DNA of 64,000 bases. It comes from Caecitellus pseudoparvulus. Lineage: Eukaryota; Protista; Bigyra: Bicosoecida. The notes under the pieces were generated by a model, which saw only the letters and a program-made list of their open reading frames with translations, ran no database searches and was not told the origin of the DNA. Shown piece by piece: positions 46,702 through 58,310 of this stretch. A program made the position numbers and the translations under genes. The DNA lies in NCBI GenBank assembly GCA_965644315.1, contig CBFFRQ010000179.1, positions 9,578 through 73,577 on the forward strand. Reading direction: 5' to 3'. The first letter of the stretch is position 1, and each line of letters opens with the position of its first letter.

Positions 46702-49700
46702 ATGGCAGGGTATGGCGGCACGCCCTCCTTCCACGATTGGGCAGAGGGCAAGGCTGCTGCAGAGGCTGATGTGCGCGCAAGGAAAGCCGCAGCGGCTGCT
46801 GCCGAGGCAGAGATGAGAAAAGCCAAGCGTAAAACAGGCAAGGACGCCTTCAAAGTGTGGCTGGCTGACAAGGCGTACCGTGAGAAGGCCACGAGGGTGC
46901 GTGCTGTGCAGCGCAGCGCAACGCAGCCGTAACGCCTGCCTTCCTGCGTCGGCGGCACTCCTTCCCGCCTGCACGCGCCTGCAGCTGCTGTACGCGCTGA
47001 ATCAGCGACGCCTGCGAGACAGTGAACAGGTGGCACAAGTGGCAGGTGCGCTTGCGGCCGTGGAGGCGGCACTGTCCTCGGCAACGGCTGGAAAGGCGGG
47101 CAGCACCAGCGGTACGTCCCTGAGAGACACCTTCATCAGCTGGGTCAAGGGCGGATTCTCCCTGCCAGACGTGTTGATCTCCGACGCCACCTACGAGAAG
47201 CTGTCTGAGGGCGCCCGGGAGATGGTGGACCGAGACGCCGCCAGTGGCAAGTGGTTGCTGGGCGACATTCGCTACACGCTGCCGGAGCCGCCTGACCCCT
47301 CCAAGCCGCTGAAGACCATGAGCGGCGACGACGTACTGAAAAACAAGCTGTTCATGTCCGGTGTGCGGCGCATGTGGCGTGAGGCTGAGAACGCTGCCGC
47401 CGGTATCGAAGGGCAGCGGGCGCTGAAGGCGGCTGGCCTGGGGCAACTTACCGCCTGGGTGGAGGAGGACGAGGCAGCTGCTGCGGAGGCGAAGCGGCAG
47501 GCAGCGGCAGACAAGCTGACACAGGGCAGCCAGGCTCACGAGGCGTGGTTGGCTGCCAAAGATGCCCGGCGTGTGCGCCTGCCGCCGCCCAAGCCTGGCG
47601 TGCGGCGAGCATTGGGGGGGGAGGATGGCACCGGTGTGCTGCGGCATGCAGCCGATTGGGCCGCCGCGTCGGGGTGGCGCTCCCGGTACGTCCACGCCTT
47701 GAACGCAGACGAGCTGGAGCGGGTGCGCGAGGACTTGGTGGCGGCTGGGTACGTGGACAAGTACAATTTCCGGGATGAGGAGGGCAACTTCGACTCTGAG
47801 GGGGAGGAGAAATACGAAGAGGCGGCGGCGGCAGTGGCGGAGGGTGGGCCGGGTAGTGCAGGGCATGTGCGTGGTGCAGGTGCCGCTGAGGATAAATTCT
47901 CCGCTTGGACCTCGAACAAGGCCCGGCGAGATGCCGCCCTGGGCTGTCTGCAGGCCATGCCCCTGGCCACACCGCAGGAGATGGCTGACCTGCGGCGAGA
48001 GGCTGCCGAGGCGCAGGCGGCGCGGGCGGGGGCCACACGAGGCGGCGGCCGCCGCGCCACACCCCGCCTGCGTCCCACGCCTGAGCTGCGCGAGCTGTGG
48101 CAGGCTGTGGGCGCTGCTCTGAAGGCCGTGGACCACACTGCGCTGGAGGAGTGGGCGCAGTGGTCACGGCCGCTGTTCAGCCGCAAACAGTGCGCTGGCG
48201 CCTGGGCGGGGTGGCTGCCCAAGACCTCCACCTTCACAGACACCAGTGACCTGAAGGCAGCTCGTGAGCGGGGGCGGCGAGGGGGTGACGAGGAGGGTGA
48301 TGGTGGTGCTGAGGGGGGGGGCTTCCAACCCCCCTCCACCCCCCCTTCAGCTCGATCTGGTGCCAGCTCTGGCTATGGGCGGTCCTTCAGCGGGGGGGGC
48401 AGTGCGAGGGGCGGGGGTGGACCCACTGTCCCTGCAGCCGCACCAGGCGCCCCAACTGTGGGGCAGTGGTCAGCTGGAGATCGGGAGGCGGGGCTGGAGG
48501 TGCTGTTGCAGCTGTCCAAACACGACCGAGCAGCAGCACGCACAGCTGCCAAGCTGAGCGCGGGGCAGCCCCCCGCCACCCCCCTCCTCTCACGCACAGC
48601 CTCCCTTGAGAGTCTGCCCAGCAGAGGCCGCTTCAAGCTGCGCGGGCTGCCTGGGCCGCAGGCGCTGGAGGAGGTGCTGGACGCGGGGCGCGCCGCTGCG
48701 GCAGGGGGGCAAGGTGGTGGCAGCACCCCCCAAGCTGCAGCGGCTGCAGCCTCAGGCATTGCTGGGGCGATGGGGAGGCATGCCGCCCTGAGCAAGACTC
48801 GGGTGGTGCAGGGGCCAGCCCAGTTGGCGCTGGCCTGGGGGCAGGGGCGAGGGGGTGGCGCCACCGCCTTCTACATGCTGGAGTCATGTGGCGCAGAGGG
48901 GTCACCGACACACAGCTCTGGCAAGTGGAGTGTGCTGCTGACTGACCCCCCCCCACCCAGTGAGGGAGGGGGGGGGTCTCAAGCCCGCCCAGCCCAGGGC
49001 AAGACCATCAAGGGTCTGTACCCCGGAACAGTGTACCACTTCCGCATCCGGGCGTACAACGAGTTCGGCTGTTCGGGGTACGCCTTTGGCGCGTTCGCTA
49101 CGGCGCCGCTGCCGCCCCCTGCCCCAGTGCCACTCGCCCTCACCCACACTGGAGCACGCCTGGGCTGGGACCACGCCGCCACCAGTCGTTGGGCCATGCG
49201 TGAGTTGCGGGGGCTGCTCGAGGATCTGGCTGGGCGCTCGCCACAGGTGCTGCCCAGTGTGTCACGGCAGCAGCTGTGCCGAGCCCTGGCCCAGCATGGC
49301 CCCCTAGCCAACTGGGCAGTGCAGACCCCGACGGACTTGCGGCTGGTGAAGGTGGCAGCAGCACTGCAGGTGACAGGTGAGCCTGCCTGCAGTGTGTGGG
49401 CGGCGCTGGAAGGCGCGTTGGTGCCGGCAGTGCTGGGCGGCTTGGCTGATTGTGGAGGGGAGGGGGTGGCGCAGGCTGCCGCTGCGTTGCGGGACCAGGT
49501 GACTCTGCCGGAGCTGGGCGCTGTGCTGGGGCATGCGGTGGCGGGGCCGGGCAAGGGCACTGCCCTGCCACGGACGTCACTGAGCAAGTGCCTGGCATGT
49601 GCTGCGGCGACGGGCCTCCTGCTGGAAGCTCAGGGTGGAGAAAGTGAGGGAGGTGACACCCCCCCTCCTGCTCTGGTGTGGGGGGGGCTGTGCCTGGCCA

Positions 49701-52492
49701 CACCAGGCGCCGGTGATGCGCCCCGTGCAACATCCCTCACCGCCTCGCAACTGGCCACAACTGCGGCTTTTGCTGCGCCAGACGCAGCTTGGGCGTGGCA
49801 CGTGCTGGCTCCCGGTGCCCTGCCGACGGCCGCCTTGGCTGGGCTGTGGGCTGGGCCAGGCAAGGGTGTGGAGCCGGCACAGGTGACAGGCGCGCCGGGG
49901 TGGGGCAGCGGCAGTGCGCACCGCTTCGCCCTCCTGCGGTGTGTGGAGGACGAGGAGGGGGGCGAGGGGGCGGCGCAGTTGGCGCCCGCGTCCCCTGCCG
50001 CGCCAGATGGCGACACGGCCCCACCCCCTCATGGCATGGTGTGGGAGGAGGTGAGCCTGGGCCAAGGCTGCCGCCGAGCTGTGAGTGGGCTCACGCCCTC
50101 ACGCTCGTACGTGTACGCGGTGCAGGCGCTGAACGGGGGTGGCGTGGCGTCGGCGCTGTCTGGCTCCTGTTGGCTCGTGGCGCCCCTGCCCCCGCCGCCC
50201 CTGCCCACTGTCACGCTGGCCCCTGCGCGCAGCAGTGCAGGGCAGGCTGGCGCGGCAGCAGTGAGCCTCGCGTGGCGACCTGTGCGACCGCCCAGTGCCG
50301 CAGGAGCGGTGGCGACGGGGGGTGCGCGGGAGGGGGGTGCAGGGGGGGGGTCTGGACCTGGGGCCGCCTCGGCTGACTCGCTGGGCATGAGTGTGTCTGG
50401 CGACGGTTTTGAAGGGTGTGGAGGGGGCGACGGCCGCACCTCCACCGTGACCTTAGATCGCCTCTCGCGACCCGGTGCAGACGTCGGGAAAGCCACCGAC
50501 GCACTGGGCCGTGTGGCTGCCTGGGCTGGGGCGGCGGCAGCGCAGGCTGGAGCTGCCGCAGGGGCCAGTCTGCAGGGGCTATGGGCGGCATTTGGCGGGG
50601 CACGGGAGGGGCCCCTGCCTGCTCAGGCCGTGCGCTACCTTCTATCATATGTTGGCGCTCGCCATGTGACCCGTGGTGAAGCGGGCTGGGCGGGGTTCCT
50701 GGCCGCCATGGGCCTGGGGCAGGGGACTGAAGAGGAGGAGGAGGAGGATGGGGGGGGAGATGGTGGCCTGGTGCCGTACACTGCCTTCCAGCAGTGGTGG
50801 TACGGTGGGGGCGGCCCGCGTGCCACCTACCTCCTGCAGCGCAGTGCTGGCATCACCTCTGGGCACATCTCCCTGGGCACACGCAGCTCTGGGCCAGGCA
50901 CTGCCCCTGGCACGGCAGAGTACATCAGCACTGTGATGGCCGCCGCTGCCGCGCTGGGCGCCGGCGGTGACGCCAAGGGAGTGAACGCCGCCACTGCCCG
51001 TCAACGCCTGGCCCTGGCAGCTGCGCGGCGGCGGTCGTTGCATGCCGTGTTGGGGGGGGGTGGCGACGGCGCGAGTCTGCAGCAGCTAGAGGGGCAGGGC
51101 GACCCGAGGCGCCTGGCGGCAGTGGCGTCGCACTGGGAGGATCCCTACAGCGGCCTGGTCATGGCAGAGGCTGTGCACACTGGGGGCGGCGTGCGGTGTG
51201 TGGATGAGGGCACGCTGCCCAACTCCCTGTACTTCTACCGCCTGACGTCTGTGGCGGGCCCCGCCGCGTCGGATGCCAGTGCCCCCGTGCCTGTGTACAC
51301 GCCGCCGCTGCCGCCGTTCGCCTCTGTGCTGGTGGATGTGGGCCCCCGCTGGGCACGCCTGCGGTGGCATGCCGCCCAGTTCGGCAGTGCCAAGTATGTG
51401 GTGGAGGCAGCACTGCTGGAGGTGCTGCCTGCGCCAGGCATGCTGCGCAAGTATGCCGGGACAGGCGTGGCTGTGCAGGGCACGGTGTACGGCGGGGGGG
51501 CGGGCACGCCTGATGCAAACTTGCAGTGGGTGGTGGCAGCCTCCACCTCCTCGAACTTCGCTGTGGTGTCGGGGCTGTCGCCCAACTCCGTCTACCGTCT
51601 GCGTGTGCGCGGCATGAACGCAGGTGGCGTCCTGTCTGCGCCCAGCATGAACACGGAAGTCATCACACAGGACAACGCCGACTTCATGCCCCACACGCCG
51701 CGCAACGCACCCCTGCGTTTTTCAGTGGAAGTGCCACTTGCCCGCCTCGTAGGGGAGTCTCCCCAAGACACGCTGTTGCTGGCCGACATCGTGGTGGGCG
51801 ACTCCATCTCCTGGAGCGAAGTCGTGTTTGACGACGGGTCCGTTGTGGTGGCGGCATCGCCAGAGGCTGCCGAGGCGGCACGGCACGATGGCTTGCCGGT
51901 GCTCCCCGCTCCCACCCTCACATCCAGCACACGCAGTGGCACTGGGCGTCTGTCGGCCAGCTGGGGCCGCAGTCGACCGCAGCCCGTGGCTTTGCGGCAG
52001 GCAGCGGCAGTGGTGGTGGGCAGCGCGCTGGATGCTGAGGCTGCGGCGAGCAATGTCGCAGCCCGCCACACTGCCACGGGTGAGGGGTTGGGGGCTGTGG
52101 GCGCGCTGGGCGCCGTGCTGTCCACGCGCACACTGTCTCTGGAGGTGCTGTGGTGCACGGTGTCTGGGCAGCGGCAAAGCGACGGCATTGCCTGGCGGCC
52201 TGGCTTCCTCGTCACGCGACCCTTCCGGTCGCTGAACGATGCACTGGTGCGCCGGCACGCCACCATCCTGCGAGAGCCGTGGGAGGACGAGGAGGGCCGC
52301 TGGACCCTCATGGAAGAGTTGGCTGAGGCATACCCTCACCTCATGCCGCTGCCTGATGATGCCGACGGCGGCAGTGTCCGTGAAGCTTCGGATCAAGGGG
52401 AGGAGGGCAAGGCGTCTGAAGGAGAGGGTGGCGACGCGTACGATGACGGCGACTTCGAAGGGCAAGGCAGCGGCAGTGCGGAGGACGCCTGA
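46702..52492 (+). CDS. Large fibronectin type III repeat protein with N-terminal coiled coil and PriCT-2-like motif
   Basis: Intron 46897-46984 in phase 0; four FN3 signatures (GLYPGTVYHFRIRAYN, GLTPSRSYVYAVQALN, TLPNSLYFYRL, GLSPNSVYRLRVRGMN). Confidence 0.8.
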
Positions 52493-52532
52493 GCAATGCA
52501 TGCATTCCGCTGTGCCGTGAGCTGCTGCTGGG

Positions 52533-55500
52533 TCAGTCCGACGCCATGGGCCCCAGTGCGTAGTTCCGCACGCGTGTGCCACCGATACGCACAGTGTGCT
52601 GTGATTCTCGCACTGGCACGTGGGGAGCAGGGGGCGGCACACTCGCCACTACAGGTCGCCTTGACCTGCGTGGCAGGCTGGAGCGGTGTCCTGTCGTCTT
52701 GCGTGGCTTGTGCGTGGCAGGCGCGGGGTGCCCCACAATGCCCTCGGCTACGTCCACACCAACTGTGGACGCGAGGCCAGCGCCGCGAGGAGATGGCACG
52801 GCAGAAGTGGAAGGCGGGGGGCTGGGCAGCTGAGGTGGTGCAGTGTGTGTCTCCCGTTGGCGGGGTTGGCGTCTGGCCGGCACCGCCTCAGGCAGGGCTG
52901 GCTCCTGCTCCCGGCCAGCGAAACGGGACTTCCAGGCGGCCAGCTCCGCCTGGAGCCGTGCGTTGTGCGCTGTGACAGTGGACAGCACGCCCTCCACCGC
53001 GCTGAGACGGTCCTCTGTCGCCGCAGAGCTGCTGCCCAAGCTGTCAGGCGAGGCGGACCAGTGTCTAGCCTCGGGCTGGGCGGCAGGGCGAGGAGGCAGA
53101 GACGCACCTGGGCGCATGAGGCGGTGCAACTCTGCTCGTAGCTGGTTGGACAGTTCCAGCAGCTTGCTGCGCTCAGCGGCCAGCCGAGCCATGTCCGCGT
53201 TTGCAGAGGCCAGTGCTGAGCGCAGGGAGCCACTCTCGGCAGGGGGTGTGGCGGGCACCTGGCGCTGGGCTGACGCCTGCGCCTCTGCGAGTTCTTCCCG
53301 CAGCTGCGCCGTCGTGCTGGTGAGGGCGGCCACCTGGTCGCGCAGGGAGTGCAGCTCTGCAGCGGTGTCAGAGGTGGAGGTGGACGTGGAGGCGGCGTCC
53401 TCCGCTGCCGTCAGCTGCTCCATCTCGCTGCGCATATCGGCGATAACCGCCTGAAACGCGGCTGTCTGCCCCTCCAGCTCATCGCAGCGTTGTCGCAGTG
53501 CCTGAGCTTCGGCCTCGGCCTCCGCACGCGATGCGGCAGCGTTCTGCACCAGTGCTTCGGCGCGTGCTTGGGACGCCTCCGCCACAGCCAGGGCAGAGGC
53601 CAGGTCTTCCTTGGCGGCGGCGTCACTTGCAGGCGCCAAGGTGCTAGTTTGCGCGTCGGGTTTGCCCGGTGACAAGGTGGGGAAAGGGGGCAGCGGACTC
53701 ACCGGTCCCAGATCCTCACTCCACGCTGGTGAGGCATGTTGCTGGCTGGACGCTGGGCCGGCGTGTGCCTGTGGCGACTGCAGGGGTGGCGCCACCTCGT
53801 CTGGGGGTGTAGGCGCCTTGGTTTCCTCTGGTATGCACGCCTTGGCCTCGGCCACTCGTGCTGGGGCCGCAGGGCGGGCCTCCAACTGCCCTCGCAGAAC
53901 GGCCACTTCGCGCGCCGCCGCCGCAGCCGCCGCCTCTGCCTCCGCCGCAGCAGCATTGGCTTCGTCCCTTGCACGTGTGAGGGAAGCAATGACCTCCTCG
54001 GATGCGGCGTTGGCTGAGAGAGCTGCCTGCTGCACCGCATCACGCCAACGCGCCTCCTGCTCACTCGCCGCAGCCGATGCAGACGCCAACTGTTCCCGCA
54101 GCGCACGCTGACCTGCCTGTGCCTGGCTCGCCTCGCTCTGCAGACGGGCCAGGGCGCCTTTGGCTTCGCCTAGCTCCGAACTCAAGCTAGCCACTTGCTT
54201 GCCCAGCTCCACAGCACGCTCCACTGCCGCCGCCTCAGCTTCGCCTGCTGCTGACACTTCCGCGGCGGCTGACGCGACCTGCCCTTGCAGCGCAGCCAAG
54301 GCGCGATCATGGGCGCGACCCGTGTCACGTGCCTTGGCTTGTAGGGCATCAATTGTGCGCCGGGCCTCGTGCAGCTGAGTGGCCAGCTGCTCGGCACGGG
54401 CAGACGCTTGACTCGCGGCCTTTGCACTGTCGGCGTGTGCGGCTGCCAGGGCGGCACTGCTCTGCTGCGCCAGCTGCTCACGCGCGGTGTTGAACTTTGA
54501 CATGAGCTCACTGATCTTCCCTTCGTACTCCTCCAGCACCTCTTCCCTCTCCCGCTCCGCTGCCGCCGTGGCGCTGCGCTGGTCCTCAATTTTCTGCGCC
54601 AGCCGTGCCCGCTCACCCTCCCACTCACGACTGCGGCTGGCCAGGTCAGCTTCCACGCGCTCTGCCCGCTGTCTCCACGTGTCAGCCTCCCGCTGGCAGC
54701 GCTGCAATGACTCCCCACTCGCATCTGCCCGCACAGTCGCGTCGTGAGCATCCTGCCGTGCCGCTGCCGCCGCTGCCTCTGCTGCCTTGACTGCTGCAGC
54801 GGCTTCCGAGCGCGCTGCCTCGCGCGCAGCAGCCACACGGGAACCCACGTCATCTTGTAGAGCCTGCAGACTGCGTTCGGCAGTGGTCACTCGTGCTTGC
54901 AGTTCACGCTGCGTTGTGGCGGCTGCTGCGTTGGCAGCCTCCAAATCACGCCGGCTGTCTGAGGTACAGCGCTCCAACGCATGGCGAGCCTCAAGCAGGG
55001 CACGCTCCTGCTTGGAAGCAGCTGCGGTAGCATCTGCACTGACTGTTGCCAGCTGCTTCTCCAGGGCACTGGCCCGCTCCTCCGCCTGCTGCGCTCGGCT
55101 TGCGCTGCGGCGAGGCGGCAGGTGGGTTGGCTGTGCCGGGCGCGTCACGCAGCAGGGCCCACGCACCTCTCAGTCTGGGCAGTCTTCAGCTCCGCGCATT
55201 GCTGTTCCAGGACAGCCAACTCAGTGTCACGCTCCTCGATCAGCTGCGTGCGTGCAGCGCAAGGGGCAGGGCATTGTCGCAGGGACGGTTGGGGCTGCTC
55301 AAAATCCGCATGCTCTTCCCGGCGCGCCCACGCACCTGCAGGTTGAAGGCAAAGTCGTCCCGCATGCGCTTGAACTTCTCCTTCAAGTCTGCAAGCTCCG
55401 AGTCCTGTGGCAAAGTGCGCATGGATCTTGCACCGCCGTGGCCAGGCGCAACGGCATGCTGCCTGGCGCAGCGCCAACTGCCGCAATCGCTGGCTCCACG

Positions 55501-55683
55501 CACTCGCTCCGTGAGCATGTCTTCAAGCGCCTGCAGCCGGAACTCCGTCGCATCGTGCAGTTCCTTCTCCTTCGTAGCGATCATGGCCCTCAACTGCGCC
55601 GTCTGTGAACGGTACGGGGAGCTGAGGCTGCTGCTGTCCAGCGTGCGGCTGGCGCCCATGCTGTCTGGCGAAACGCCGGCCAT
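52533..55683 (-). CDS. CCDC57: CCDC57-like centriolar coiled-coil protein
   Basis: Spliced N-terminus ..KEKELH..R|DSELADLKEKFKRMRDDFAFNLQ|LIEERDTEL matches the CCDC57 DFxYNLxxLEERD motif; ERSKLLELSNQLRAEL; C-terminal VRNY. Confidence 0.8.
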
Positions 55684-55949
55684 GCCGCTGCCCGACTGAG
55701 AGGTCTGGACGGGGCAGGCGGCACAGGGCGCCGCTGGAAATGAAGTGAGGCTGTGGGAAGCTGCGAGCAGTGCGTGAGACGCGCAGTTTTGGAGCAAACC
55801 TCTTCTTGCTCACGGTCTAGGGCGAGAAACAGTGGTGAGGTGCCAATCCAGTTCTTTTATCAGCATGCATTCACACCAGAACAACTTTACGAGACAAGGA
55901 AGCAGGCACAAGTTACGCCTCAACCCATCATTGTGCAGAGCATGTCAGC

Positions 55950-58019
55950 TCAGGCAGTGGGCCGTGCACTGTGCCCCAGTTGAGCACCCGTCGCCCAAGC
56001 CAGCTCAGCCGCAGCGGCAGAGCAGAGCAGAGCCACGTCAGCCTGCGACATGCCTACTGGCAAGCCAGCGCCAGGGGCAGCCTGCGCCGCGCTGGAGGAT
56101 GCTGCAGCCGCAGCAGACTTGCGCTGGGCCACTTGCAGCCCCGTCACTGCTGCCCGAAGCGCGGCGATGCGCCGCCTCAGCGCGGCCTTGTCTTCCTCAG
56201 CCGCCTCGCCCCGGCCACGAAGAACCGCCAGCTCCCCGCGCAGACTGCGCAGCACCTCCACTGTGTTGGCGTGGTTGCGCTTCAAGCTGTCTAGCTGCGC
56301 TTGCACCGCCTGCCCCGCAGCAGTGGCCGCAGCAGTGTCTGCCTGCGCCCGTCGCAAACCCGCACGGAACCGGCGCTCGGTCAGCCCCTGCTCCTCCTGC
56401 CGCTGCGCCAGGGCCTCTTCGGCAGCAGACGCAGCCGCCGTCGCTTTCGATGCGGCGGCCTCTGCTTTCTGTGCGGCAGCGTGCCAGCCTCGGGCGCTGG
56501 AGCTGGCCTCCAGCAGCTTGCCGGCTGTGACGGCTTCCCTGTGCCGTGACTCGGCAAGCTGTGCCTCCAGGGGCTCCAACTCGCCCACACGCTGCCTCAG
56601 CTGTGCAATGGTGGCGTCTCGTTCTCGCACTGCTCTGCGCAGCACCTCTTGCGTCGCCTCAGACCCCGCGGCGGCGGAACGGTACAATTCCAGCAATGCC
56701 TCTGTGCGGCGGTGCCAGCCCGCCACTTCATCTTCTGCCCCCATGTGCGCAGCATTGGCGGCATGGGCTGCTCGACACTGCCTTTCCAACCTGCTTTCCG
56801 CCTCTTGCAGAGCAGCTGCTGTGGACTGCAGGCTGGCCTGTGTGGCAGCGTGCGCCGCAGCTTCCGCATGTTGTGCCGCTTCCGCCTCCTGCACTTGGCC
56901 AGACAGCGCTGCTACCTGCGCCTGCGCCTGCTCCAACCCCCCCTTTGTTCCTTCCAATGCGCTTCGCGTTTCAGCGTGCGCAGCCTGCTCTGCTTCATTG
57001 GCTGCTTGCTGCTCCGCCAGCTGACGCTGCAACGCAGCGACCTCGCCCTGCAACGTCTCCACATCCCCACGGGCAGCTGCCAGGGAAGCGTCCGCCTGCT
57101 GCAGCTGGGTCGTCTGTTCTTCCACTTGTTCTGTGAGCTTCAGCGCCTGGTGCCGGGCTTCCGCTGCCTGGGCGCGCTCAGCTGCCAGCCCGTCTTGCAT
57201 GCTCTGCAGTGCCGCGGCGGCCTTGGCGCCTGCTTCCATGCCGCCCTCCTGCTTGGCGCGCAGCGCCTCTGCCACAGACTTGGAGTCCCGCAAGCGAACA
57301 CGCAGGGTGCGCACTGCCGCCGACAGCTCCTTGTTTTTAGCAGTGGCCTTGGTCAGCTTGCGACTGCTCACAGCCAGCTCGCGCTCTGCCGCAGCGAGCG
57401 CGTGAGTCAAGTCGGATTCCCGCTCACCGGCCCCGGACAGTGCCTGCTGCAGCTGCTCTATCGTGGCCACAGCCAATTCAAAATCGGCGTTGCTTAGGGC
57501 CGGCATCCCTCCTTCTGCGGCGCGGGAAGGCGGCGGAGACGGCAGCGTTTCACGAGAAAGGGAAACGCTGCCGTCTGCCGCAACATTTGGCGCCTGTGAC
57601 GCCCGCACTTCGGCCCGCCCAAAAGGAGAGTCACCTTCTAACGTAGCTGTGGATGATCCAGAGCTGGACTCAGAGAGCCGGCGCTCTGCCAGGTCTGGCG
57701 CCTCGCCCTGCCGCGTTTTGTCGGGCAAGGTGAGGGGTGTGGCCCCAGACGGCAGTGCTGGGCTGCGGGGCGGCGAGGGCTGGTGGGGGGGCGGGCCAGG
57801 GATGCTCCGTGCATCAGCGGGAGGGAGTGGAGTCACCTTCACCAGGGAGGGCGGCGCAGGGCGCACTGGCATGCCCACGACGCTGGGTGCCGGTGACGCC
57901 GCTGCCGGAGCGGTGGGCAGGGATGAGTGGTGCAGGGGCGCCGGGGAGATGGCGGTGGGAAGTGGCGGGCCAGGCAGGGGGGATGGGGGCCCCTCATCCA
58001 CCACTCCCTCCTGCGCCAT
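55950..58019 (-). CDS. Coiled-coil protein with Pro-rich N-terminus
   Basis: 689-aa ORF, gccATGg start, long heptad A/E/Q/L-rich region. Confidence 0.7.
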   Translation of the reverse strand: MAQEGVVDEGPPSPLPGPPLPTAISPAPLHHSSLPTAPAAASPAPSVVGMPVRPAPPSLVKVTPLPPADARSIPGPPPHQPSPPRSPALPSGATPLTLPDKTRQGEAPDLAERRLSESSSGSSTATLEGDSPFGRAEVRASQAPNVAADGSVSLSRETLPSPPPSRAAEGGMPALSNADFELAVATIEQLQQALSGAGERESDLTHALAAAERELAVSSRKLTKATAKNKELSAAVRTLRVRLRDSKSVAEALRAKQEGGMEAGAKAAAALQSMQDGLAAERAQAAEARHQALKLTEQVEEQTTQLQQADASLAAARGDVETLQGEVAALQRQLAEQQAANEAEQAAHAETRSALEGTKGGLEQAQAQVAALSGQVQEAEAAQHAEAAAHAATQASLQSTAAALQEAESRLERQCRAAHAANAAHMGAEDEVAGWHRRTEALLELYRSAAAGSEATQEVLRRAVRERDATIAQLRQRVGELEPLEAQLAESRHREAVTAGKLLEASSSARGWHAAAQKAEAAASKATAAASAAEEALAQRQEEQGLTERRFRAGLRRAQADTAAATAAGQAVQAQLDSLKRNHANTVEVLRSLRGELAVLRGRGEAAEEDKAALRRRIAALRAAVTGLQVAQRKSAAAAASSSAAQAAPGAGLPVGMSQADVALLCSAAAAELAWATGAQLGHSARPTA

Positions 58020-58263
58020 GGCTGGCGCTGCAGCTTGGAGGAAGGCGCGTGGAACTCACCGCGGAGACCCAGCGCCTGTCCACACGAGCTCAGTGGCACT
58101 TGAAAAATGCCCCCAAACTCCAAGTGTCACCCCCTCCTTCCAATCTCGCCGCTTCACTCCGCTTGTCAATGCGAGGGGACCTGTACCTGAGCGTATTCCC
58201 TGTGGTGTGTGCTGGGGCGGCGGCGGGCTGCTGCCGCGTGGCAAGGGTTCGGTGGCGCTGCCT

Positions 58264-58274
58264 CAATTTCCGCA
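58264..58274. promoter_or_regulatory. Recurrent motif CAATTTCCGCA (divergent promoter, ~37 bp upstream of CLEC16A ATG)
   Basis: Exact reverse complement of the 11-mer. Confidence 0.5.
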
Positions 58275-58310
58275 GGCAGCCCTTGCCGCGCATGACTGCG
58301 AATGTCAGGC

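Noticed and set aside
46702-52492. Endogenous virophage/Polinton or NCLDV insertion suggested by the PriCT-2-like motif
   Set aside because: No AT-rich island, terminal inverted repeats, capsid, integrase, pPolB or helicase genes; host-like GC and a normal intron.
29564-55683. Functional cilia gene cluster (mastigoneme, BBS-like, CCDC57)
   Set aside because: The genes are interspersed with unrelated housekeeping genes; ciliary genes are numerous in flagellates, so co-occurrence is expected by chance.
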